Shown here: positions 19,021-26,852 of the stretch, piece by piece
Position numbering within the stretch: position 1 is the stretch's first letter
Layout: the number at the start of each line of letters is the position of its first letter
Source of the DNA: Patescibacteria group bacterium
GTDB taxonomy: Bacteria > Patescibacteriota > Microgenomatia > Daviesbacterales > UBA10151
Length of the DNA: 64,000 bases
Direction of reading: 5' to 3'
NCBI GenBank assembly: GCA_038064895.1
Contig: JBBTSA010000002.1
Span: 8,942 to 72,941, forward strand
Program-made: the position numbers and the translations under genes
Notes under the pieces: model-generated
Database searches by the model: none
What the model was told of the DNA's origin: nothing
Seen by the model: the letters and a program-made list of their open reading frames with translations, nothing else

Positions 19021-19516
19021 ATCTTACTACATTATCCGACTCTATTACCAAAACCCAATCCTCTATCCCAACACTTTTTATAAAATTCCTTAAAGCCTGT
19101 GTACAATTTTTCTTGGTAGCCCAAACACTCTGCTGCCACTTGGTAAATCCCCATTTTTTAAGATTGTCTCTTAACATATTTCTTGCTCCTCTTCTTTTCT
19201 CAGGAACATCAAATATTACTATTCTCCACTTTCCATCCCATTCCCTCTCCTCTATTCCAATGGTTTCCAAAATAGCTTTCTGTTTTCCATGATCTGTAAG
19301 CTTATATGCCAATTTTTCATCATCCACAAAATCAATTAGCCCTCTTTCTCTAAGTCTCTTTAGAGCTTGTGCAAGCTCTGCCTTCTTTAAAGGTTTACCC
19401 CAGCCAAAAGCATAGTGTTTTGGATTATTAATAAAATCATCTACTCTAACATAACCATCTATAGTCTTTTCCAAAACAAGAAGTATAAGATTTGTCAAAC
19501 TCTTTTTTGTTCCCAC
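19019..19516 (-). CDS. PaaX-family-like transcriptional regulator (wHTH + PaaX-type C-terminal domain)
   Basis: 165 aa. C-terminal WDGKWRIVIFDVPEKRRGARNMLRDNLKKWGFTKWQQSVWA resembles the PaaX core (WDGRWLLVSFSVPESQRERRD...LGFG...SVY). N-terminal winged-helix-like region. Confidence 0.55.
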   Translation of the reverse strand: MGTKKSLTNLILLVLEKTIDGYVRVDDFINNPKHYAFGWGKPLKKAELAQALKRLRERGLIDFVDDEKLAYKLTDHGKQKAILETIGIEEREWDGKWRIVIFDVPEKRRGARNMLRDNLKKWGFTKWQQSVWATKKNCTQALRNFIKSVGIEDWVLVIESDNVVR

Positions 19517-19530
19517 AAAAACATTTATAC

Positions 19531-19540
19531 GACGGCCGTC
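19531..19540. promoter_or_regulatory. Second copy of palindrome GACGGCCGTC, upstream of the PaaX-like regulator gene (candidate operator)
   Basis: ACATTTATACGACGGCCGTCGG parallels ACATTTTTGTGACGGCCGTCGC at 18991-19010. The two copies flank the regulator gene. Confidence 0.35.
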
Positions 19541-19599
19541 GGTATATTGTCAATACTTAGCTCTTGCTCTTAAAAGACATATTCTGTTAGCATTACTTT

Positions 19600-21678
19600 A
19601 TGCTGGATAGGATAATAATCTACTCCTTTTATCTACTTTTTTCCTTAACTCCCCTTTTTTGGACATCATTAAATTTTGAGCTTTTTGAATATAACAAGAT
19701 GCTTTTAGTTTATGGATTAACTGTTGTCATTGTAGGTGCATGGGTTATTAAATCCATAAATCAGAAATCATTCATTATAAATCGAACGCCGCTAGATATC
19801 CCTTTGCTACTTTTTCTTGGAGCAAATATATTATCCACAATATTTTCCATAGATACCCATACCTCAATTTGGGGATATTATTCGCGCTCTAATGGGGGTT
19901 TATTATCCATTATCTCCTACCTTTTATTATACTTTGCTTTTGTTTCAAATTTCCCAAAAGATAAGCTTAAAACCTTATTTAAATTTGCATTAGCATCAGG
20001 CCTAATTATTTCTATATGGGGGATTTTTGAACATTTCGGAGTATCACCATCATGCGTGATTTTAAGGGGTGAGGTTAATGCTTCTTGTTGGGTTCAGGAT
20101 GTCCAAGCAAGGGTCTTTGCAACACTGGGCCAGCCCAATTGGATGGCAGCCTACCTTTCCATGCTTATCTTCCCGGCTCTTTACTTTTTCTTAACTGAAA
20201 AAAACAAACTTCCTTATTACATACTACTTATTACATACTACTTAGCATTTACTTTCACCTATTCTAGGGGGCCTACACTAGGGTTGATAGGTGGGATGGT
20301 TGTTTCCATTCTACTGTCATCCCGACGAATGTCGGGATCCAATTCCGACTCATACATTTTTAATTGGATTCCTGCATTCGCAGGAATGACAAAACAAATG
20401 GTTGTTGTATTAATCTCATTCTTATTTGTCAATGTCCTTTTTGGTTCTGCTCTAACATCCTTCAGGCTTGTTTCCAAATTTGCTACTCCTGCAAGACCCT
20501 CTATTTCTCTCCCAGCTACACCTCAATCAGGTACCCAACTTGAGACCGGGGGCACAGAGTCCGGCCAAATTAGGTTTATTGTTTGGAGAGGAGCCTTGGA
20601 TATATTTAAACACTACCCAATTTTTGGTTCAGGTTTGGAAACCTTTGCCTACTCCTATTATCAATTCAGACTAGCTGCCCACAATTTGGTGTCAGAATGG
20701 GATTTTTTATACAACAAAGCCCATAATGAGTATCTTAATTACCTGGCAACAACTGGAGTTGTGGGATTTGGAACTTATACGTTGGTGATTGGAACCTTTT
20801 TGGTATGGAGCATGAAATATCTCGTCATTGCGAGGAACGAAGTGACGAAGCAATCTGTTTCATTAGCAAGATCGCCACGCCATGTACCAGAGCGGTACAT
20901 GGCTCGCGATGACGTTTTGTTTGTTGTTGCACTTCTTGCCTCCTACATCTCCTACCTTATCTATAACTTCTTCCTCTTTTCAGTTGTCATAATTGCACTC
21001 TTTTTCTATCTTTTCCCTGCTCTTGCCTTTGTTGCAACAGAATCTTTAAAAGTTTTCAGGGTACAGGGCAGCGTTTTGAGTTGGATATATAGAAGACCAA
21101 TGTATACAAGAATTACTAAAGGGCTAATCATACTTATTACCATATACTTACTATTTACTGTCTTTAAAATCTGGTATGCAGATACTTTATTTGCCAAGGG
21201 TGAAAAAGCATCAGATTCAGGAAATCCAGGAAGAGCATATAACTTATTATCTTTGGCAACATCAATAAATCCTTCTGAACCCTTTTTTAGATCCGAGCTT
21301 GCTTATTCTGCTGCTCAAGCTGCTGCAGCCTTAAAAGATGAGGATGCTTCTCGTTCTGCAAGCTTAAAAGATGAAGCAGAGGTAGAAATGTTAAAAGTTC
21401 TAAAATCCAATCCTAATAATGTCTCGTTCTTAAGAAGTGCAATAAGAACCTATTTTGAGTTGTCAGTTTTTGGTAAGGCATATACACAAAAAACGCTTGA
21501 GGCTATAAATAGGGCAACTGGACTTGCACCAACTGATCCAAAGCTTTACTACAACAAGGCTCTGGTTTTGGAATCTGCAGATAAAAAGGATGAATCTTTA
21601 GAGGCTTTAAAAAAGGCATTGGAGCTTAAACCTAATTATTTGGAAGCCAAGGAGCATCTGGATGAAATCAATCGCTAA
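19600..21678 (+). CDS. O-antigen ligase-like polytopic membrane protein with C-terminal TPR repeats, containing two in-frame palindromic-element insertions
   Basis: 692 aa, more than 10 TM helices. AHNEYLNYLATTGVVGF (Wzy_C-type motif). C-terminal TPR-like repeats (KALELKPNYLEAKEHL). Segments SSRRMSGS...IPAFAGMT and VIARNEVTKQS are encoded by repeat elements. Confidence 0.65.
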   Translation: MLDRIIIYSFYLLFSLTPLFWTSLNFELFEYNKMLLVYGLTVVIVGAWVIKSINQKSFIINRTPLDIPLLLFLGANILSTIFSIDTHTSIWGYYSRSNGGLLSIISYLLLYFAFVSNFPKDKLKTLFKFALASGLIISIWGIFEHFGVSPSCVILRGEVNASCWVQDVQARVFATLGQPNWMAAYLSMLIFPALYFFLTEKNKLPYYILLITYYLAFTFTYSRGPTLGLIGGMVVSILLSSRRMSGSNSDSYIFNWIPAFAGMTKQMVVVLISFLFVNVLFGSALTSFRLVSKFATPARPSISLPATPQSGTQLETGGTESGQIRFIVWRGALDIFKHYPIFGSGLETFAYSYYQFRLAAHNLVSEWDFLYNKAHNEYLNYLATTGVVGFGTYTLVIGTFLVWSMKYLVIARNEVTKQSVSLARSPRHVPERYMARDDVLFVVALLASYISYLIYNFFLFSVVIIALFFYLFPALAFVATESLKVFRVQGSVLSWIYRRPMYTRITKGLIILITIYLLFTVFKIWYADTLFAKGEKASDSGNPGRAYNLLSLATSINPSEPFFRSELAYSAAQAAAALKDEDASRSASLKDEAEVEMLKVLKSNPNNVSFLRSAIRTYFELSVFGKAYTQKTLEAINRATGLAPTDPKLYYNKALVLESADKKDESLEALKKALELKPNYLEAKEHLDEINR
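20316..20390. repeat. Palindromic element with terminal inverted repeats GTCATCCC/GGAATGAC, in-frame inside the O-antigen ligase-like CDS
   Basis: gtcatcccgacgaatgtcgggatcc...tcctgcattcgcaggaatgac, with two internal hairpins. Translates to SSRRMSGS...IPAFAGMT inside the ORF. Confidence 0.7.
20824..20911. repeat. Composite palindromic element (GTCATTGCGAG...CGAAGCAATC...CTCGCGATGAC), in-frame inside the same CDS
   Basis: gtcattgcgaggaacgaagtgacgaagcaatc...ccatgtaccagagcggtacatgg...ctcgcgatgac. Encodes LVIARNEVTKQSVSLARSPRHVPERYMARDD. Confidence 0.7.
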
Positions 21679-21925
21679 AGCCATTGCAGAGGTCAAATAC
21701 AAAGATAGGCCCAAAAATATAGCTTATGAGTTCCAGGAATATGGAGTATATTTAGCAGAATCCTTGGATGATACTAAGCATTACTCCCTTTATATAAAGC
21801 TGGCAAAAGAAGTTGACAGAAAGCTTTTAGAAGAAGCCCTAAATTTCACAAAAGGATATTATGGAGCAAAATCAAAAGCAAGAGTATTTATGTGGAGATT
21901 AACCCAACTGCGCAAAGTTAAGTAA
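21662..21925 (+). CDS. Hypothetical protein
   Basis: 87-aa ORF overlapping the preceding gene by 17 nt. No motif. Confidence 0.3.
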   Translation: MKSIAKAIAEVKYKDRPKNIAYEFQEYGVYLAESLDDTKHYSLYIKLAKEVDRKLLEEALNFTKGYYGAKSKARVFMWRLTQLRKVK

Positions 21926-21942
21926 TCTGTTAAAATTGCCTC

Positions 21943-22263
21943 ATGGATATTGTAAAAGCACCTAATCCAGCTTTAAAGGTTCAAACCAAATTGGTTAAAA
22001 AGATCACACCGGGTTTGATTCAAACTCTCAATAATATGATTAAGCTTACCAAAACTTTTAAGGATCCTGAGGGAGTAGGTTTGGCAGCTACTCAGGTGGG
22101 TTTGGATCAATGCTTCTTCGTAGCCAGGCTGCATGATTCAAAACATTCTCCTCCATCAGAACCTGGACAACGTCAAAAAAGATGGAAAAATTACAAAAAA
22201 GATTTTATATCTATTATAAATCCACAAATTTTATCTTTTTCCAAGAAAACCAAAATTACCTAA
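21943..22263 (+). pseudogene. Truncated 5' duplicate of peptide deformylase gene (first ~100 codons only)
   Basis: Translation MDIVKAPNPALKVQTKLVKK...GVGLAATQVGLDQCFFVARLHDSK is ~75% identical to residues 1-100 of def at 23183. Lacks the EGCLS and HEXXH motifs and ends after SFSKKTKIT. Confidence 0.7.
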
Positions 22264-22274
22264 GGGAGATTAAA

Positions 22275-23090
22275 CTAGATACCGCAAACAAGAACTCTAC
22301 CACTGGCATCAAAAAAAGAATCATCTCCATACCCACTAGCTTCAGAATACAAGCTATCGCCAGAATAAAAGTATGGTTGTTCTTGTTCTTTCCCCATTTC
22401 CAAGAGGAGAGCACAACCATTAGATTGATGCAGACCGCTTGTCGCATCACTACCAATTAAGAAAAAATGGTGAAATTCACTGGTCTTAAGATCTGGTCTT
22501 GTAATTGACAAGCCCAAGCCATCCCAATGATTTCCTAATCGCAGATGATCTCCTAAGTATCCACCCCAAATCAATTTTCTTAAGGCTAGGCAATTGACAT
22601 ACCTAGATAAATACCTCCCTTCGAGCAAATCTGTCACATACTCAGGTTCATGATGTTCACCGCGAGCCTGCAATTGTAGTGTTAAAAGACGTTCTTTATT
22701 ATCCCTAATTTCAGTATTGTATTTATCACCTACATGTAACCAGGTACCATATGATTGTTCTGGAAGATTGATACCCCTAGGATCCTGCAATTCTTCTATA
22801 TCTATAGTGGCAAAGGGATAAAGCGGAGGTCGATTAATCTTAAAACCTACAGCCTCAGCTAGTTGCCAAACAGTAACTTGTTCAAATTTTGGAACAAGAA
22901 TAGGTGTATCAACTCCAAGTTCATCAAACTCAGGTTTTCTAGTTGGGAAACCAGCCGGTAAGACTTTAAAACAATCATCCTTATTCATCCCTAAGACTCT
23001 GGTGACACCTTCAAATATCAATTCCCTTTGTATATCAAATTCTTCATTAAGAGGAATATTAGGGTATCTATTTTCTGCATCAATAACCAT
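22275..23090 (-). CDS. Hypothetical protein (271 aa), GC-richer than flanks, inserted between def fragment and intact def
   Basis: Long ORF with His/Glu-rich segments (GEHHEPEY, FHHFFLIGSD) and no family recognised. Composition visibly differs from neighbours. Confidence 0.5.
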   Translation of the reverse strand: MVIDAENRYPNIPLNEEFDIQRELIFEGVTRVLGMNKDDCFKVLPAGFPTRKPEFDELGVDTPILVPKFEQVTVWQLAEAVGFKINRPPLYPFATIDIEELQDPRGINLPEQSYGTWLHVGDKYNTEIRDNKERLLTLQLQARGEHHEPEYVTDLLEGRYLSRYVNCLALRKLIWGGYLGDHLRLGNHWDGLGLSITRPDLKTSEFHHFFLIGSDATSGLHQSNGCALLLEMGKEQEQPYFYSGDSLYSEASGYGDDSFFDASGRVLVCGI

Positions 23091-23182
23091 AGTGGTATTG
23101 ATTCTAGCATATTATAGGACTTTTGTCAAACACCGGAGTTTTTGAAAATGCGAATAGGTAAATTTTTTGTTACAATTCCATC

Positions 23183-23764
23183 ATGTTACAAGTAATCCAT
23201 GCACCTGATCCAAGACTTAAAATTCAAACAAAGTTTGTAAAGAAAATAAATGGCGGTCTTTTAGCTACCTTAAAGGACATGATCAAACTTACTAAAACCT
23301 TTAAAGATCCGGAGGGAGTTGGTTTGGCAGCAACACAGGTTGGGCTTGATGAACGCTTTTTTGTAGCCAGATTACATGATTCTAAACAAATCCCTCCATC
23401 AAATCCAACCCAGCGAAGGGAAAGGTGGAAAAACTATAAAAAAGACTTTGTTGCAATTATCAATCCTAAAATTTTGTCATATTCTAAGCGTATCAAGCCT
23501 TATTTTGAGGGATGTTTATCCATTCCGACAATATGGGGTCAGGTTAAACGTCATACATCCGTAAAAGTATCTTATCAGGATGAAAAGGGTAATAATATTA
23601 AAAAAACCTTAAAAGGTATTCCTGCTTGGATATTTCAACATGAAGTTGATCATCTGGATGGGATACTGTTCACAGAAAGAGTCTTGCAGCAAAAAGGGGA
23701 GTTTTATAAATTCAAAGGCAAAGATAAAACAGGAACGGATGTATTTGAAGAAATTACATTATGA
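23183..23764 (+). CDS. def: Peptide deformylase
   Basis: 193 aa. GVGLAATQVG, EGCLSIP and QHEVDHLDG motifs. Confidence 0.9.
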   Translation: MLQVIHAPDPRLKIQTKFVKKINGGLLATLKDMIKLTKTFKDPEGVGLAATQVGLDERFFVARLHDSKQIPPSNPTQRRERWKNYKKDFVAIINPKILSYSKRIKPYFEGCLSIPTIWGQVKRHTSVKVSYQDEKGNNIKKTLKGIPAWIFQHEVDHLDGILFTERVLQQKGEFYKFKGKDKTGTDVFEEITL

Positions 23765-24687
23765 AAACACAACATCCACAAATTATTCATCCCGGTCAGA
23801 CTGTTTTCTTAAGAGAAGACTTAGATGTCAAAAAGTATCTGGTGAAAATACCTAGGCAGAATATAGAGATTGTATTTTTTGGATCAGATAGCTGGTCTAT
23901 CCATGTTCTTAAAACATTAGAAGATAATTTTGATGTTAAAGCTGTAGTTACTGCACCAGATTCTGCTGTAGCTAACCATTTTAAAGGCCCTGTACTCACT
24001 CCAGACACACTTGATGAGGCTTTTCTTACTACCAACTACCAACTACTAACTACTAACTTATTTATAGTAGCATCATATGGGAAAATCATACCAAAAGCCA
24101 TCTTAAATATTCCAAAATACGGTGCCCTAAATGTCCATCCATCTCTTTTACCCAAATATAGAGGTCCATCCCCCGTGCCTGCAACTATTTTAAATGGAGA
24201 CAAAGTTACAGGGGTAACTATTATTAAAATGGATGAGAAAATGGACCATGGACCTATTGTTGCAGTAAAGAAGATTAGATTAACAGGACGGGAAATTTTC
24301 CCGGATTTGATCAATAAATTGTTTCAACTTGGAGGAGAACTTCTAGTTAAAATTATCCCAGATTATATTACGGGAAAAATAAAACCTCTTGGACAAAATC
24401 AAGCAATGGCTGTATTTTGTCCAAGACTTAGCAGAAAAAGTGGCTATTTTGATATTGAAAAACCTCCATCCCCTGAAATGTTGGACAGGATGATTCGGGC
24501 CTACTATCCTTGGCCGGGAGTTTGGACCCGCTTTCGCCCTTCGGGTTCCAGTGGGCAAGCCCGCATTGTAAAATTCTTACCTGGAGGAATGCTACAAATG
24601 GAAGGCAAAAAGCCAATATCTTTTAAAGACTTCCTAAACGGCTACCCGGATTTTCTTTTAAAAAGTATTACTCTTGACAAAAAGTAA
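23761..24687 (+). CDS. fmt: Methionyl-tRNA formyltransferase
   Basis: 308 aa. Formyltransferase N-domain (NVHPSLLPKYRGPSPV) plus C-terminal domain. Overlaps def stop (ATGA). Confidence 0.9.
   Translation: MKTQHPQIIHPGQTVFLREDLDVKKYLVKIPRQNIEIVFFGSDSWSIHVLKTLEDNFDVKAVVTAPDSAVANHFKGPVLTPDTLDEAFLTTNYQLLTTNLFIVASYGKIIPKAILNIPKYGALNVHPSLLPKYRGPSPVPATILNGDKVTGVTIIKMDEKMDHGPIVAVKKIRLTGREIFPDLINKLFQLGGELLVKIIPDYITGKIKPLGQNQAMAVFCPRLSRKSGYFDIEKPPSPEMLDRMIRAYYPWPGVWTRFRPSGSSGQARIVKFLPGGMLQMEGKKPISFKDFLNGYPDFLLKSITLDKK
24625..24655 (+). repeat. 31-bp direct repeat AAAGACTTCCTAAACGGCTACCCGGATTTTC (copy 1, inside fmt 3' end)
   Basis: Perfect 31-mer repeated at 25344-25374. The two copies bracket the AbrB/PIN cassette. 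Confidence 0.85.
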
Positions 24688-24702
24688 TACTTATGGTATC
24701 TT
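24664..24702 (+). promoter_or_regulatory. Promoter-like TTGACA-17-TATCTT embedded in a 9-bp inverted repeat AGTATTACT/AGTAATACT upstream of the AbrB-type antitoxin
   Basis: ttgaca at 24674-79 and tatctt at 24697-702. The perfect inverted repeat flanking the -35 box suggests an autoregulatory operator. Confidence 0.4.
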
Positions 24703-24711
24703 GGTATTACT

Positions 24712-24972
24712 ATGTATAATGTATACACTTCCACTTTAACTTCTAAAGGTCAGGCTACAATTCCAGCTCCTGTTAGACGTAGGCTTGGCTTTAGACCAGG
24801 GCAAAAAATTATCTTTGCCGAAAAAGGTGGTAACATCTACATAAGCTCAGCTGTGGATTTATCAGAACTTAGGGGCTCTTTAAAACCTAAAGTTAAAACT
24901 AAATATAGCGATAAAAAGGCTGATGAAACTATTGGTAGAATGTTTGCTGCTGAATATGCCAAAACTCGTTGA
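24712..24972 (+). CDS. AbrB/SpoVT/MazE-type antitoxin
   Basis: 86 aa. TSKGQATIPAPVRRRLGFRPGQKI is the swapped-hairpin AbrB-type signature. Overlaps the downstream PIN gene. Confidence 0.6.
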   Translation: MYNVYTSTLTSKGQATIPAPVRRRLGFRPGQKIIFAEKGGNIYISSAVDLSELRGSLKPKVKTKYSDKKADETIGRMFAAEYAKTR

Positions 24973-25345
24973 CACGAATTTAATAGTCCGTTTTCTACTT
25001 AATGATAATCCGCAACAAGCCTTAGCTTCCGAAAAAGTTTTTAAACAGTCTTCCGATTTGGTTATTACTGATATTGCTGTCGCAGAAACAGTTTGGACTC
25101 TTCAATCCTTCTACGGCTTCTCAAGACAAGAAATCGTTGAAAAAATTTTTAAATTTCTCCAGTCTAAAAACTTCATTTGTAATCAAGAACTCCTCTTTAA
25201 CAGTCTTTTCTTATACCTAAACCATAATATTTCTTTTGTAGATGCTTATTTTGCAGCTTACGCGGAAATTGAAAAATTAGAAGGTATTTATTCTTTTGAT
25301 GAGGGGTTGGATAAAATTAAAACTATAAAAAGATTCAAACCCTAA
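24956..25345 (+). CDS. PIN-domain toxin (VapC-like)
   Basis: Starts MPKLVDTNLIVRFLLND (PIN N-terminal Asp motif). The track ORF 24923 is an upstream extension. Overlaps the antitoxin gene by 17 nt. Confidence 0.65.
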   Translation: MPKLVDTNLIVRFLLNDNPQQALASEKVFKQSSDLVITDIAVAETVWTLQSFYGFSRQEIVEKIFKFLQSKNFICNQELLFNSLFLYLNHNISFVDAYFAAYAEIEKLEGIYSFDEGLDKIKTIKRFKP

Positions 25346-26601
25346 AGACTTCCTAAACGGCTACCCGGATTTTCCAATACAACACATCGCCTAGAAGCTC
25401 TTGCTCTTTCTATCTCCCCAGCAGCAATTAAACGCTGTCTAGACTTTTTAACCTTATCTTCTGTCGCATCAAGCAAATCTGCAATTTGTACATTAGAAAG
25501 TTTTTCACCTGGGTTCATTAACGCAGCTACTTTTGTATCACGCTCATTAATCACCTCAGGCAGAGGTTGTCTCCTTTCCACTTTCTTTTTAGGTAGTAAA
25601 CGTCTACTGATAGAATTTTTAACAGAAGATTCTAAGACGTCAAGCAAATCTGCAATTTGAGGTACGGAATATGTACCTGATCTTCTCAAACTTTCTACTT
25701 CCACATCAAGTACAAGGTTGGCGGTACTAACTGGTCTGCCTGCTGTTCTCCTTTCTACTCTCCCCTCAGCAATTAGGTGCTGCAGAGAATATCTGACAGA
25801 CCCTAAATTCCTACTGACTTTTACTGCAATCTGCGGGTTAGAATAACCTTCTCTCCTTAAATCTATTATATTCCTATCATTTGGTATGATTCCAAAATAA
25901 TGCTCAAGTTCTGTTGCTTCAGATGTATCAAAATAGTAATAATGCCCCAGATTTCTTCTCCTGTGGTGCACATTAAATCCGTAGTCACGTAAATGCTGAA
26001 AAAGCTCTGCCAGAGATTTTGGGGATTTTCTCCCCAAATCATGAAGTACTAAACGAAGTGGCTTAAACGGAGGACTCCAAAGTTTTGGCCAGGACGGCTC
26101 TCTATCAGTCTCCTGGACTGGAATTTCGGGCAATTCAGGAATGGGGAACCCTGCTGCCATTAAAGCTCTGCGTCTTGGCGACATTAAATATGGCTTATGC
26201 CCAAATTTGATTGCTACTTCCTTTGAAGTGGCTCCTGCTAAAAAATCACGCACTATCAGAATAACCGAATCCATTCTCCATCCATGTTCAGGAAAAATTT
26301 TTCTCACAACAGCTACTAAAGGTGCCCTCTCAACTTGCCTTACTCTCAAACCAACTGATTGTCTAATATTTCCTGTTGCTCTAGCAATTTCACTTAAGCT
26401 ATACCCATTAGCATACAAAAAACTCTCTGTCTCTCTTGTAGTAACGCAGGCTGTTCTTAAACGCATTAGCTTCTCATGCAATGGCATCCAACCACTAATA
26501 GTAGTATTAATACCCAAGTGGGCACCTAGCTTTGCATAAGGAGACTCGCCTATTAGGTCAAGTCTAAATGAGTTAGCGTCTACTTGTTCTGCTTGAACCA
26601 T
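25342..26601 (-). CDS. Protein with four tandem sigma-70 region-4/LuxR-like HTH repeats, GC-richer
   Basis: 419 aa. Repeated motifs YSLSEIARATGNIRQSVGLR, YSNPQIAVKVSRNLGSVRYSL, YSVPQIADLLDVLESSVKNSI, LSNVQIADLLDATEDKVKKSR. The 3' end lies inside the 31-bp repeat copy 2. Confidence 0.5.
   Translation of the reverse strand: MVQAEQVDANSFRLDLIGESPYAKLGAHLGINTTISGWMPLHEKLMRLRTACVTTRETESFLYANGYSLSEIARATGNIRQSVGLRVRQVERAPLVAVVRKIFPEHGWRMDSVILIVRDFLAGATSKEVAIKFGHKPYLMSPRRRALMAAGFPIPELPEIPVQETDREPSWPKLWSPPFKPLRLVLHDLGRKSPKSLAELFQHLRDYGFNVHHRRRNLGHYYYFDTSEATELEHYFGIIPNDRNIIDLRREGYSNPQIAVKVSRNLGSVRYSLQHLIAEGRVERRTAGRPVSTANLVLDVEVESLRRSGTYSVPQIADLLDVLESSVKNSISRRLLPKKKVERRQPLPEVINERDTKVAALMNPGEKLSNVQIADLLDATEDKVKKSRQRLIAAGEIERARASRRCVVLENPGSRLGSL
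25344..25374 (+). repeat. 31-bp direct repeat AAAGACTTCCTAAACGGCTACCCGGATTTTC (copy 2)
   Basis: Identical to 24625-24655. Encodes the C-terminus (ENPGSRLGSL) of the minus-strand HTH-repeat gene. Confidence 0.85.
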
Positions 26602-26605
26602 AGTC

Positions 26606-26833
26606 TTAAGCTGATACAGCAGCCTGGCTTGAAACTGAAAAAGGAACTTTTACCATCCTTAAACATTTAGTACAGTATTTTTCTCCTTTATACATATGAA
26701 GGTTGGGTTTTTGGAATCTTTTGTGAATTGGGGCCCTAAGAGCCCAGACACCTCCTGCTCCTGAAGAACCTTTTTTATGCCTTGAAAAAGATATTTTATT
26801 TTTACCTTTGCCACACCTAAAACATACTGTCAT
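26606..26833 (-). CDS. rpmB: 50S ribosomal protein L28
   Basis: 75-aa translation MTVCFRCGKGKNKISFSRHKK...HKRFQKPNLH fits the L28 pattern C..TGK..GN.SH...KR.F.PNL. The longer 188-aa track ORF overlaps the M50 gene and is rejected. Confidence 0.55.
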   Translation of the reverse strand: MTVCFRCGKGKNKISFSRHKKGSSGAGGVWALRAPIHKRFQKPNLHMYKGEKYCTKCLRMVKVPFSVSSQAAVSA

Positions 26834-26852
26834 ATTGTGGTAATATAACATA

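Noticed and set aside
19019-19516. Cas2-like reading of the motif IVIFDVPEKRRGARNMLRDNLKKWGF...QQSVW
   Set aside because: The motif sits in the C-terminal half after a winged-helix region and no cas genes or array are nearby. The pattern matches the PaaX regulator core at least as well, so it is called PaaX-like.
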